Shown here: positions 12,189-23,200 of the stretch, in pieces
Numbering within the stretch: position 1 is the first letter of the stretch
Layout of the letters: each line of letters opens with the position of its first letter
Assembly (NCBI GenBank): GCA_030167865.1
Contig: JALAGF010000383.1
Location: 1-64,000 of the forward strand
Direction: 5' to 3'
From: Craspedostauros australis
Taxonomy: Eukaryota
DNA: 64,000 nucleotides
The notes under the pieces: model-generated
Databases searched by the model: none
What the model was told of the DNA's origin: nothing
Seen by the model: the letters and a program-made list of their open reading frames with translations, nothing else
Position numbers and translations under genes: made by a program

Positions 12189-14402
12189 ATGCAAGCATTG
12201 AAGTCGGTTGTATTGTTCCACGGTGCAATAGCTGCAAGGGCATTGACCTCCATCGATTGTGGGAGGTTGTGGCATTCCACCCAAGGTCGAGCAGCTGGGA
12301 TTGTTCCCATAACATCGACAATCACATCATCAGTATCATTATCATCATCACCATCATCGTCAGTCTTGTCCATTTCGTTTCCACAACAACGTTACAGTCG
12401 CAGTCTCAGTCGCAATCATCGCATCATGCAGCAGTCCACTTCGCTTGCCGCTGCATCGACCGCGACAACGGACGCCGACAAGCCGCCCTTCAAACTGGGT
12501 TACGCCTCCGACGTGGAAGGCAACCTCGAGTACTTCCAACGATACATCGCCCGCAGCGACGTGCTGGACTTCGCCAACGACGATGCCAAGCACCGTCGCA
12601 CGAAGGACCTGCAGCTGCGACTGCGCGATGGATGCATGTTCGTCTACGGCGGCGACGTCGTGGACAAGGGACCCGGCGATATCCGCGTGTGCCGTGCCCT
12701 CGTGGCGTTGAAGAAGGCGCATCCTGATCGTGTCTTTCTCATCGTGGGCAATCGCGATCTCAACAAGGTGCGATTCACGGCAGAGCTCAGCGAGGCGGAC
12801 ATGCAGCGCGATGTGCACAGCATTCCGGGTATGCACTGGTTGCCGGGCCACACGACTTTGGGGCAGTACTTGGACGGGAAACTGAGTCGGCTGCACCAGG
12901 AAGAAGAGCAGGTAGAGGCGGCGCTGTTGGCATCGATGGAACCGGCTTCGGTGACGCAAGGTCAAGATGAAGGGGAAGCCATACCAGATCTTGGGGATGA
13001 GATGGCCACGGACACTCCATCCAACGACAACTCCACTCCAAACAAAGAAGCGCAAGGTTCAACGCAAGTGCAGCTGCCGCCACGATCAACGATCAAGGAC
13101 GTCGACACCCGCGTGGCACGCCTCCAGTACATGCTTGATTTCACCCTCGGATGTGGAGGCACGTTTGAATTCCGCAGGGAGGAGCTGGGAATCCTCCAGG
13201 GCCGATCGCGGCGCACCATCACGGACGACGAGGTCCTCCACAGTTTCTTGCACGAGATGGAGCATCCCGAAGGCAGCCTGCGCCAGTACATGGAGCTCGC
13301 CAACGTCGTCGTGCGCATCGGCAACACCCTCTTCTGCCATGGTGCCATTGACCGACAAACGATGCAGTTCGTTCCGGCCTTCGATTCCAAGTTCCACAAC
13401 CCGCCGTCCAAGCCGCAGCCAGGACAAGTGTGCACGGACGTCGACGAATGGGTGGATCAGCTCAACGCGTATCTGCGACACGGTTTTCAGGATTACCTGG
13501 ACCGCCCGCACTGGAACGCCAACCGCACCAGCCGCGGTGGAGAATCCCTCATGGCTCTGCAGAACCGCCCTGCCATGTGGGGCCGATCCATCGTGAGCAA
13601 CAGCTACGCCGACGGCGGTTGCATCACGACGACCTACGCCGCGTCGGTCCGCAACGACCCGAAGCGCGTCGCATTGGAGGAGCATGACCCGCTCGTATTT
13701 GAGAGTGTGAACAGCGATCCGATGGACGCGGATGTCGCGGAGTGGCTGTCGACGCAGGGCGTGCAGCGCATCGTGGTGGGACACAAGCCGACGGGTGATT
13801 GTCCCTCGGTGCTCTCGTCCTTGCATACCGGCGTGGAAGTGGTGTCGGCGGATACGTCGTACTCGGACGATTCCTGTCGCGATAATCGCGGCAAGGCCGT
13901 GCCGGTGATCGAGGTCTCGGGCAGGTCGGCATCGAACAACGCGCTGCGATTGAGCGGCGTGCTGAAGGATGGATCGCAGTATGATTGCCAGTTCCTTACA
14001 TTGCGGTCGGGCGAGGAAGATGAAATTCCCTCGAACGATGGCGACATTGGTGACAACAAGCTCGGACGGAGGCTCATGAATTCCGACGGCTCGTTCAGCG
14101 AATGGTGGGTCCAGGTGAGCAGCACCAACTTGGCACCATCTGCTAGCTCCGACAACGTTGCCGCTGTCAATGGCGATGGCGATGGCATGGAAGTGGAGGA
14201 CTCCGGCAGCCCTCGCAACGTCAGCGATGAAGGGCGACAGCTGAAGGATGGGTTCTACTTGCTGTGCCGTGGAGCCGGACGGAAGTTCGAAACCAAGCAG
14301 GTGCCGGTGAACGCAGTCGACGATGCGATGCATGTGCCATGGTTGGACGAGGTCAAGGTCAAGACCATCGAGGAGCCTGACAAAGCGATCGCGACGAGTT
14401 GA
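12189..14402 (+). CDS. Calcineurin-like metallophosphoesterase, possibly with an organellar transit peptide
   Basis: Motifs ASDVEGN, GGDVVDKG, IVGNRD, FCHG and IVVGHKP occur in canonical order. The ~80 aa after the ATG at 12189 are S/R-rich and acid-poor. An alternative start lies at 12426. Confidence 0.8.
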   Translation: MQALKSVVLFHGAIAARALTSIDCGRLWHSTQGRAAGIVPITSTITSSVSLSSSPSSSVLSISFPQQRYSRSLSRNHRIMQQSTSLAAASTATTDADKPPFKLGYASDVEGNLEYFQRYIARSDVLDFANDDAKHRRTKDLQLRLRDGCMFVYGGDVVDKGPGDIRVCRALVALKKAHPDRVFLIVGNRDLNKVRFTAELSEADMQRDVHSIPGMHWLPGHTTLGQYLDGKLSRLHQEEEQVEAALLASMEPASVTQGQDEGEAIPDLGDEMATDTPSNDNSTPNKEAQGSTQVQLPPRSTIKDVDTRVARLQYMLDFTLGCGGTFEFRREELGILQGRSRRTITDDEVLHSFLHEMEHPEGSLRQYMELANVVVRIGNTLFCHGAIDRQTMQFVPAFDSKFHNPPSKPQPGQVCTDVDEWVDQLNAYLRHGFQDYLDRPHWNANRTSRGGESLMALQNRPAMWGRSIVSNSYADGGCITTTYAASVRNDPKRVALEEHDPLVFESVNSDPMDADVAEWLSTQGVQRIVVGHKPTGDCPSVLSSLHTGVEVVSADTSYSDDSCRDNRGKAVPVIEVSGRSASNNALRLSGVLKDGSQYDCQFLTLRSGEEDEIPSNDGDIGDNKLGRRLMNSDGSFSEWWVQVSSTNLAPSASSDNVAAVNGDGDGMEVEDSGSPRNVSDEGRQLKDGFYLLCRGAGRKFETKQVPVNAVDDAMHVPWLDEVKVKTIEEPDKAIATS

Positions 14403-14737
14403 GTAAAATGGAGGAGATCTTGAAATAGAATAGTTGGAGAATGATTAGAATGATTCCCGAATGGGACTGGAATCGAACAGTATCGGGAGTGTACAACTCG
14501 ACTCTGCTGTGCTCGACTCCACTCTACTCTTGTTTTCTCTTTAATGTACTGGTCCAGTTGCAACCATGCTGATTGGATGGCGGTCATAGGTATTGTTGAT
14601 GAGTATTGCTATTGTTATTGTGTATTGATACGATGTAAGGTACGAGTATGAATATTGTATAAATGCGTGAGAATCCCGGTTTGAACAATTGCAGTATCTC
14701 GTGGTGTAGGGTACGTGTGGTATTGCGCCAGTCTCCC

Positions 14738-15919
14738 TTAGATGGCGATTGCATGTTGAGCGGTCCCCATTTGCTCAATTCCCGATACCTGCGGTGAGAG
14801 GCCGAGTTCCTTCCGTCGCTGAGCGATGAATTGCTCCTTGAGCTCAATGTACTTCTTCTGAAGGGCGACCATGGTGCTGGCCACTTCGCCTTCGATTGCC
14901 TTGGGGTTCTCTTGGATGCGATCGATCCTGGCCTTGAGGGATGGCGGAAAGCAGTTGATGGTTCGGTGGAATGCCTGTGACTGCTTGGGAGAAGCGTCCG
15001 CGTTGGGGTCGCTAAGTTCGCTTTCGTGCATGTTGTCGGACTTGCCGTCGTCATTGTCGCGACTGCCATGGTCATCGTTGTCGTCGGCATGGTCGTCGCC
15101 GGTCTTGTCACCGTAGAACTGCTGATGCGACATGAGGCACTGGTCGTACTTGACCTCGATCTTGGCGAAGTACTTCTGTGCATGCGAGCGAATCTGCGTC
15201 GATGTTCTTGTGGGGATGCGGAAGCTGACCTGACGCCAATCTCTGCCGCACTCCTCCAAACCCTCGAGGAAGAGCTCGTGCTCCTCATCCGTCCAGCGGC
15301 CGAACTTCTGACCGACCTTTCTCTCGATCTTACGCTTGCGTCGGCGGCGGCGACGGCGTCGCTTCACCACCTTCCTCGCAACGATGCCGGTCGCGACGCG
15401 CTTGAGTCCGAGCACCAGTTCCGCGTCTCTGCCACCCAAGGAGGCTGCCCGGACGTCCGTAGTTGTGGTGGCGATCTTTGCCTTCGTTGGGCTCGTGACT
15501 GAGATTCCAGCGGTGACGGCAGCATGGGTGGAGAGGGACGCGGAAGAGTGGGAATGGGAGAGAGAACTGTTGACTGACTCCGTGTCTGTGGTTGGTGGAG
15601 ATACCGCGCGGGCGGCAGCGGCAGCGTTGAGCACGGTGTTGGGTGCAAAGACCACGAAGGAGGCCTGTGCCTGCAGCTGCAAAGGCGCATGCGCGGGCTG
15701 AGGAGGTTGGTGGGACTGCTTGAGCTGCAGCATGGATTCCAATGATGCGATTGCACCTATCGTGGTCTCGTCGCGCAGAAGGAGAGCCTCGTCCATCTTG
15801 GGAGGTATGGTTTCTAGTGTTGGTACTGCCGCTACTGTGTGTGCTGATATGAATGGCCAGGTTGGGTACGCTCGGTGGAAATCAGGAATGAAGAACATCG
15901 ATGCGTCGATTTTATGCAA
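14738..15919 (-). CDS. Single-repeat MYB transcription factor, SHAQKYF class
   Basis: GRWTDEEHELFLEGLEECGRDWRQVSFRIPTRTSTQIRSHAQKYF, preceded by a poly-Arg NLS (KRRRRRRRKRK). The exact start codon is uncertain. Confidence 0.92.
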   Translation of the reverse strand: MHKIDASMFFIPDFHRAYPTWPFISAHTVAAVPTLETIPPKMDEALLLRDETTIGAIASLESMLQLKQSHQPPQPAHAPLQLQAQASFVVFAPNTVLNAAAAARAVSPPTTDTESVNSSLSHSHSSASLSTHAAVTAGISVTSPTKAKIATTTTDVRAASLGGRDAELVLGLKRVATGIVARKVVKRRRRRRRRKRKIERKVGQKFGRWTDEEHELFLEGLEECGRDWRQVSFRIPTRTSTQIRSHAQKYFAKIEVKYDQCLMSHQQFYGDKTGDDHADDNDDHGSRDNDDGKSDNMHESELSDPNADASPKQSQAFHRTINCFPPSLKARIDRIQENPKAIEGEVASTMVALQKKYIELKEQFIAQRRKELGLSPQVSGIEQMGTAQHAIAI

Positions 15920-17158
15920 CGATGAAGTTGCTGCTGCTGTTGACGATGTCGATGATGTCGATAATGGCCACAGGATGGAAGGGTGGTGGATGATGGTGGA
16001 GGGCGATAATGCAAAGTTCGCTCAGAGAGGTATGCTCGTGGTGGCGCTCTCAGGTGGTGCTATGTTGGTCCTCTCCGCTTTCGCGTCAACGTTGATCTCT
16101 TCCTTCAATGTTCTCTGTCGAATCCGTGGTCAGATTATTAGTACGCGCTGGTGTGCAGTTGATGTGACAGTGTTGCGTGCTTGTACGTTTTGTGCATCCG
16201 TGGTGAGCACGCTTTCTCGAAGTTTTGTGGAGTGAGAACCGAAGTTGAAGAGGAGAAAACCAGACGTTGATCGTGCCACAAGTTGACTTTTGGATACGGA
16301 CACACCGGAACCGCGTGGCGGGCACAATTTCGGCAGCCTCTGTGCCTGCTTTGGTTGACTGCGGTGCGTGATGTATTCGCATGATGTGCATTGAGACTTG
16401 CGACGGCCATGGGTTGTGCACAAGGTCGCAAAGATGATTATCGTTGGCACCATCAAACCAACTCGTGGAAATTTCACGCGATGTGTCGAGTGGAGTGTGT
16501 GGCGGCACAAGTTGGCTTGCGCCAAGCGCGTGCACGAAGCGTTCTGGTTCTGGTTCTGATTCTGATCCACTTCGAAAGAGAACTCATGCAAGATCGCAAA
16601 CACGAACCACGTGATCGCCACGCGACAAAATTCGATACCCAATATTTGGTTTGTCATCACACGAATACACAATAAGGTGATTGTGCTTCTCCAAGCTTTC
16701 AAAGTGACACGTGATCGATTTGAATTTTCAACACGGTAACGGTCGAATCGTGGATTGGCCTAAGATCTTGCGTGACCTGCGCTCGTCGCCAGCTGGCTTC
16801 GTGGCAGCGCCGCGATGGCTTCTGTTTCCACGTTGACGTCAACTCCACCAAGTGTCACCAGTCATGACAGCGGACTGGTTGATCCGGCTGCACAAAAACC
16901 GCAATCATCAGCGCAATCAGCATCAACACCAACAACAGCACTTGCATTGGCAACGGCGCTTGCATCGACAATAACATCACTGCCCAGCACCATTCATCAT
17001 CAGAGCATTGCATACGCGTAACTCGAACATCCTGTACTCCGAGTAAGCACTTCTCTATCCTCAACACTTCCAAGTCATAGCAACAACTATCAGTAACAAC
17101 TTTCGCAACGATCACACGACGCAGCACCATTCTGTTCTATTCTATTGTACCATACACC

Positions 17159-17725
17159 ATGGACAAGTCATTACCATCCGTTCCCTCCACGTCTCTGGTA
17201 TCTCTCCTGGTACTATTGCTGGCGCTGCTGCAAACATCTACCATTGCGACGGCGGCCAACGCCAAGGCAACTGCAGACGACGGCGCTAGCGTGACCCTAC
17301 ACGACAAGGTCCGCAATGGCTACAACGACATGCCCAAGGACTGGAAAGGATTTCGTTCCGTCTTCGCCAAGGATGCCACGTTGATGGTCTGCATCCAGAG
17401 CAATGACCCGATCGACGATCAGAACCATTGCAAGGAGGGTTCCTTTGACGACATCCTCGGTCCCTTCCAGCACAACGTCAAGCTCTCCATGTTCGAGATG
17501 ACCAACCTCATGGGGCCCGTCTGTCGTCACGATTGCCTCGTTCACTGGAGCCATTACATCAGCACGCCGGATGGTTGCGAGGCCGTGTGGACGGGCTACT
17601 CCACGTTGGAGGTGGATGTCGCCACGGGAAAGATCAAGCGCTCCGTCTCCTTTACGAATGATGCCGATGCGTTGTCCAATTGCATCCCCGCACTTGGTCC
17701 CAACCCTGCCAGCGCTTCCAAATAG
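17159..17725 (+). CDS. Secreted small protein, probable NTF2/SnoaL-like fold
   Basis: Signal peptide LVSLLVLLLALLQTSTIATA. The pattern DWKGFRSVFAKDATL...CLVHW...VWTGYSTLEVD..GKIK resembles SnoaL-like domains. Six Cys residues. Confidence 0.6.
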   Translation: MDKSLPSVPSTSLVSLLVLLLALLQTSTIATAANAKATADDGASVTLHDKVRNGYNDMPKDWKGFRSVFAKDATLMVCIQSNDPIDDQNHCKEGSFDDILGPFQHNVKLSMFEMTNLMGPVCRHDCLVHWSHYISTPDGCEAVWTGYSTLEVDVATGKIKRSVSFTNDADALSNCIPALGPNPASASK

Positions 17726-19420
17726 GGCACGGATGTCCATGAGGATGATGTTGTGGGAGCAGTGGATGGCATGCCTTTGCATCGCATCGTGCAACTTCAT
17801 CGTGTGACTTCATCGTGAGCGAACATCTTGAAGTTTTTGTGCAAACGATGTGGCATGCAAAATCAACACTGCTTGGCTAACCCAGCCACAGACGAGATGG
17901 TCCATCGTGTCAATCTTCATACAGGAATGAGTCGGGAAGAAGGCATCGACTTGCATCCTGCTTCCGCGACAGTGGTCGGCCTGTCGACGATGGCCGTCGG
18001 TATGGTATAAGCCACAAGACTGAAATGGCAGGTTTTTGGATGAGTTCGTACGTCACAAGCATTCGTCCAAAGCTTCTGGCTTGGTGGACGTCGAACTTGG
18101 ACAGACAGCTCTGTTGTTGAACCGCTTGAATGCGGTTCTGCGACGGATAAATGTTTTTGGAAGGGATTCGCCATTGTTGGAGCCTTGTTCCGCACAAACG
18201 GTTGGTTTCAGAATGGCGTCTTCCGATCCAAGCGAATTCTTACGCGACTGTTCGGTTCCTGCTCGCCGTACTCCATCATCTTTCGCCACCTCCAGAGCCA
18301 AACGACTCGGAGATCACATGAGATCGGATGTTGATCTATACCTTGACGAGAGCGGCGATACGGGAAGATCCAGACACTGATGTTGATGGACCCCAACTGA
18401 TGCTGTGCCACGCTCAAACTGAGGCATCGTTGCAGTGTCGTGAGCGCACGTTCTCCTTGGAGGGGTCGTGCAGGAATGAACGCATGCACGCGTACCGAGA
18501 CAATCCCTTCCGCTCATTTACGAGCTATTATATGATGGATTGCTCCCTCCTCATACGTTCCGAGTCGTAAACTGTGTCGTGACCACAAATAATTCCTCAA
18601 ATTAACAGTGACGAAAGAGCCACAGCAGCGCCACACGTACCTATTCTACCATACAGTCTTGCCCGGCGTGTCCTGTTCGTGTGATCGGCAAGAGCGTTTC
18701 CGAGTGTTCATGCATGGCGCAGGTCCCCAACCCATCTTCTTTAGAGAGTTGCCCCATTTTGGTGACTCTGTGATGTCGCAAGGTCCGTCCTTGTTCATTC
18801 GACCGGGCCCTTTGTGATCGAGTAGGGAGAGCTACGGTCGCTCCCGCGGCGATGAGTGCACGCATTCTCACAAAATGTGAGTATGAGCGAGTCTCCTGCT
18901 CTAGTGGTATCCTGATTCCTGTGGCAAAACAGTGCTGTTGCTCACGTCGCGCCACACCGCTTTGCATCGCGTCGTTGTGCGTCTCTGAGCGGCAATCCCC
19001 CATCGGCAGTTCTGATTTCGTGCGTCTCTGCAGCCAAGCCTGCATGAAGCGCAGCATGTGCTCGTGTGATCACGGAACGTCGTCATCTCCATCGCTGCTC
19101 GGAGGGTGGGGATTTGTGACGTAGAGAGGACCGGAGAAGGAAGGCGATGGAAAACCAACACGCTCCGCACTGTCGCATTCCGCATCCGACGTTCCGCGTT
19201 TGTACCTCTATAAGCACAACACCACAAAAACACGACAACGTAGCAGCTGTATTGTGTGGCGAAAAGACAGTCGCTTGCACAGTAAAGCGAAACGTGCTGC
19301 ATGACACACTGCATTGCGTCACTCTTTGTACCCCGAAGATTCGCAGCTCTGTGCGCACGTCCTCGCCGACATCGCCTGATTTTCGGTGCTCAGCCGAAGA
19401 CTTATTCACCTCCACCGCAC

Positions 19421-19474
19421 ACTGTATGACCCCGTTCAGGGTTCTCATGTAGTCATTTGCGGATTTTTGAGATA
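19421..19474 (+). repeat. Left arm of a degenerate inverted repeat (partner 26282-26335)
   Basis: actgtatgaccccgttcagggttctcatgtagtcatttgcggatttttgagata aligns with the reverse complement of 26282-26335, actccatacgaccccattcagcgaagtcgtgtagtatcctgcggatttgagata. Confidence 0.65.
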
Positions 19475-20089
19475 AGCACTTAGATCATCCTATTATGTTG
19501 TAGAGAGTATATGTGTGAAGTAACAAGCTCCTGGGCCCCGTAGTTAAAAAGTTTATATTTTTCGCACTAGTCTACGTCTAAAAACGCCAAGCATGCAGAC
19601 GTCGAGGGACAAATGCGGTTCGGAATCGCCATTCGTGCTTCGGCTTGCTGTCCAGTCGTGTCTATTATCGACACTCCCACATTTCGCGTGGGTGAGGTGG
19701 TCGGTTTCGATGAATTGTTGAGGATTGCGTGGTAGCGGTAGGCATGATGAGGCTGCTACTTCGTCTGGACCGTGGATCAGTGGTCGAAATCTAGAGTTTT
19801 GGGTTGGTGGGTAATCCAGATCTTGACCCCCAGCTTGACTTTCATACTGCCTTGTTCTCGGTTCTGCCGCTGTTCATGCACTGGGACGTTGAACATCGTC
19901 CTCTTCCCAATCAGCACACACTGCCTTCCCTCCATATGTCTACTCTATGGTACAGCTTCGTCCTTGATTCAGGCCTATTCCCTGCCTGTGTGTTTGGACC
20001 TCCTCTCTGCTAGTCGTCGCCAAAAGCCATTGCTGGCTTCTGGCCGTTGTTCATCTGCTCTCCTCTCAGCTTTGCATTTCGGTATCAAT

Positions 20090-20251
20090 TATCAAACTGC
20101 ACACGTAACTACTGAAGACGTATTGGCCGTTGTTGCGCGCCCTGGTCAGAGCTCTTGTTGTTGTATTGTGAGTCGTTCGAGGACGATCTCTGACCAGTAT
20201 TTTCGAATAATTCGAATAGTAAAAAGGTAAGATGTACAGTGAAAGCTGTCA
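20090..20251 (-). repeat. 3' LTR of the copia element
   Basis: On the + strand it reads tatcaaactgcac...gaaagctgtca (terminal TG mutated to TA). A purine-rich PPT-like AAGATCAAGGGGTA lies immediately upstream on the minus strand. Confidence 0.95.
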
Positions 20252-20274
20252 TACCCCTTGATCTTGAGGATGAC

Positions 20275-23200
20275 CCCCTGTAGAACAGAGCTGTGACAAA
20301 AGTGGTCAGTATTGGCCGTGCCAATGCCTTTGTGAGCATATCTGCAAGGTTCTGTGCTGATGAAACGTATACTGGAACCAGTATATCGGCTCCCACAGAC
20401 TCGCGCACTTTGTGGAATGATATTGCCACATGATTTTTTGTAGCAGGCTGTCTGCGATCGTCTTGTTCGAGATCACAGCATTGTTGTTGCATAATGTGAT
20501 AGCCAAAGACTTGACTTGGACTCCCAGCAATAGGAGTGCGTATCTGAGTGAAACAGTCTCCTCGTTCACCGATCTCATTGCGTTGAATTCCGCGCCGTAT
20601 GTGGATGTTGTGACGCATGTTTGTTGCTTGCTGGAGAAGTATACTGGCGTCCTGCCCAGGAATCGTATGATGCCTGTGTTGGATCTCCTGGTCACCAGAT
20701 TGTGAACGTGGTCTGCATCCACGAATGCATACATTGGTAGCTCTGGGTAGATTGGCTTTGGTGATCTGTCATCGATGTCTTCCGTGGCCTTGGGATATTC
20801 CTCCTTCATCTGTGCTACCAGTTCTGGATTTGATGACGTTGCATTGAAGTTGTTGAATAGCATTGGCCTGGAATCAATCTGTGTTTGCAGCGTGGACTTG
20901 TGCTTGAGATAGCCCCATACTTTGAGTGCACGTTCAAGATGTCCTTTCCGTAGTGATGCAGTGAGGTGTGAAAGTGAGGAAGTTGCAAATGCGACGTTGA
21001 ATGTCCAAGCTGGACAGCCCAGTTTAGCATGCCAATGAGCTGCTGGACTTTTTGTTGCTTGCCAGGTGTTAGTAGTTTGGAGTCATCCGTTTCCAAATGG
21101 TTCTTGTTCCTCATGGGAACATGTTGGCTGTGAAGTGATCCATGCTGGCACTTGCCTTTGTCTGGTGCATTTGAGATGCATTTGCTGCATCTGGCGCTCC
21201 ATTTGCCTTTTGCATTTCTGGAATAGTCATTCCTGAGATAGTATATGGGTGGGGCCAATATCCTTGATCGTGTTGACCTGTTGGAATGACTTCATGTATT
21301 GATTTGTGTCCTTTGGTATGATCTTGAAATCGTCGACATGTGTGCAGATGTAGTCATCTCCGGATTCATCTTGGAGTCTGGTCCATACATCTTGGTTGTG
21401 GCGCAATGGCTTGGATCCCATGGAAGATAGTGTGTTGGCAAAGTGAGCATGGAATCGTTGGGCACTGGATCAGAGTCCATACAATTATTTCTTGAGTACA
21501 ATTGTCTGGCCCTCTCTGTGATTGAATTCCTTTCCTGCTCTTGCATATATATTTTTGTTGGTGTAGGTGTTGACAAATGTGATGCCACTATTGCTGCAGA
21601 GTAGCTGGAAATTGTTCGCATCTGCAATTTCATGGAGGATATGCACGCTGGTGGAGCTGACTGTTGACGAGGACATACGTATGTTGTCTGCAAGCTTGAT
21701 GAGGTGTCCTCCAGCTATGAGCCTTGCCTTGCACTGCAGGTCTTGTTTGACCACGAAGATGAGCCTGAGCTTCGTGCTCTGGTATTCAGTTGATGGTTGA
21801 TGTGTGGATGGACAAAACTTGAAGCAGGCAAGGTTGATGAGTGCATCGATCTCCTTCTTGGCTTCCGCCTTCCACATGTCGTTGTTGTTGGCTTGGTCGA
21901 GTTGTAGTGCATGCTTCATGTTTCGTAGCACTTTGCCCCTGTGCTGGAATATTGTGGCAAAGAAATCCCATTTCGGCTTCTTCTTTGCCTGGTCGAATCC
22001 GCTGTAGTACAGTGACATTGTCATTGCCGTCGATCGTGAATTGGTGTGTGCGTTTGCTACGCTGGATGCGCTGCTTGATTGCCCGGATTGCATGATTGGT
22101 CCATTGTAGCATCAGTTCCGATTTCCAATTGTGTCGTCCGTGCCGAGTTGGTTTGTTTGCGATGATGTACCGCGCCACCAGCTCCGGATGGTCCGCTCGA
22201 ATGATGTCATATTGGAACCATGTTCTTGTCTCTGTTCCCTATTTGGCATTGAGGTGTAGGTGTCCATCGCGGAAGCTGTGTCCTGCAATGCTGGTGATTT
22301 CAGGTTCGTTCTTGTCGACCTTATTGATTTGATTTTGGAACACCTCGTTGTGCTGTTGTTCTGCAAGAGTGCTTTGACGCCCCTGAGTCCGGTGCTCCAA
22401 AGGATCTAGCATGGGTACTGCCGCCAAATCATTGAGCTACCCAGAGACATTGTCAGGTATTGGGTTGTCACCATTGTCATCACCGTCCAAGATCACATCT
22501 GCAGCGTCCTTTACACTCGTGTCTTCGTCATCAGGCACAACATTTGGCTGTCCAAACTATTGGTCCTCCAGTGAAGCTGTGTTTGCGTTGACCTTGATTT
22601 TCCTGACCCTCGTTGGGCCAGGTTCCGGGATGCGAGCCGCTGCCCCTGACCGCACGGCAATCGCATCGATGGCCTCTCGGACCTGCCGAGCGAGCTCAGT
22701 TGGCATAGTCTTCGTTCGTGCCCTGCCACCCAAAGCGCCGTTTGTGGTTCTGTCAATGAGGTCAAGCCTCGCAATTCGTTGCATGTCTCCATTGCTAATG
22801 CGCAGGGTGTCTGCGTATTCCAGAATACGTGGCTTGTCAATGTTGCGCACGAGAACTGTGCCCCACTTGATATCCTCATCTTGTGGCGACCATATATGGT
22901 AAGTGAATGGATCCCTGTGAATCCACACAATGCCCAGGATATAGCCTGGTTTGAATGGATGCTCAGGGAACTTCGTTATTGGCCCGAACAACAACACAGG
23001 CTGGAAGAAAGTGGATTGGAACATGGAAATGTTGGGCGTGTTGCCATGGACAAGTTCAATCGGTGTCCTCCACTGGATGCTGCCCTTGTCCATATAGTTC
23101 CACATGTCGATGGCATGCTGCAATCCAAAACACCAGAATTCAAGTGGCGTGGACGCCGCCCATATCAACTGATAAACATGCCACTTGATGTCACCGATTG

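Noticed and set aside
13086-14333. Long antisense ORFs (e.g. 415 aa here, 58264-59511, 49172-50284, 3777-4787)
   Set aside because: These are shadow ORFs opposite real GC3-rich genes and have no independent motifs.
17800-19400. Cluster of short ORFs that might be a transposase or pseudogene remnant
   Set aside because: No recognisable motif in any frame.
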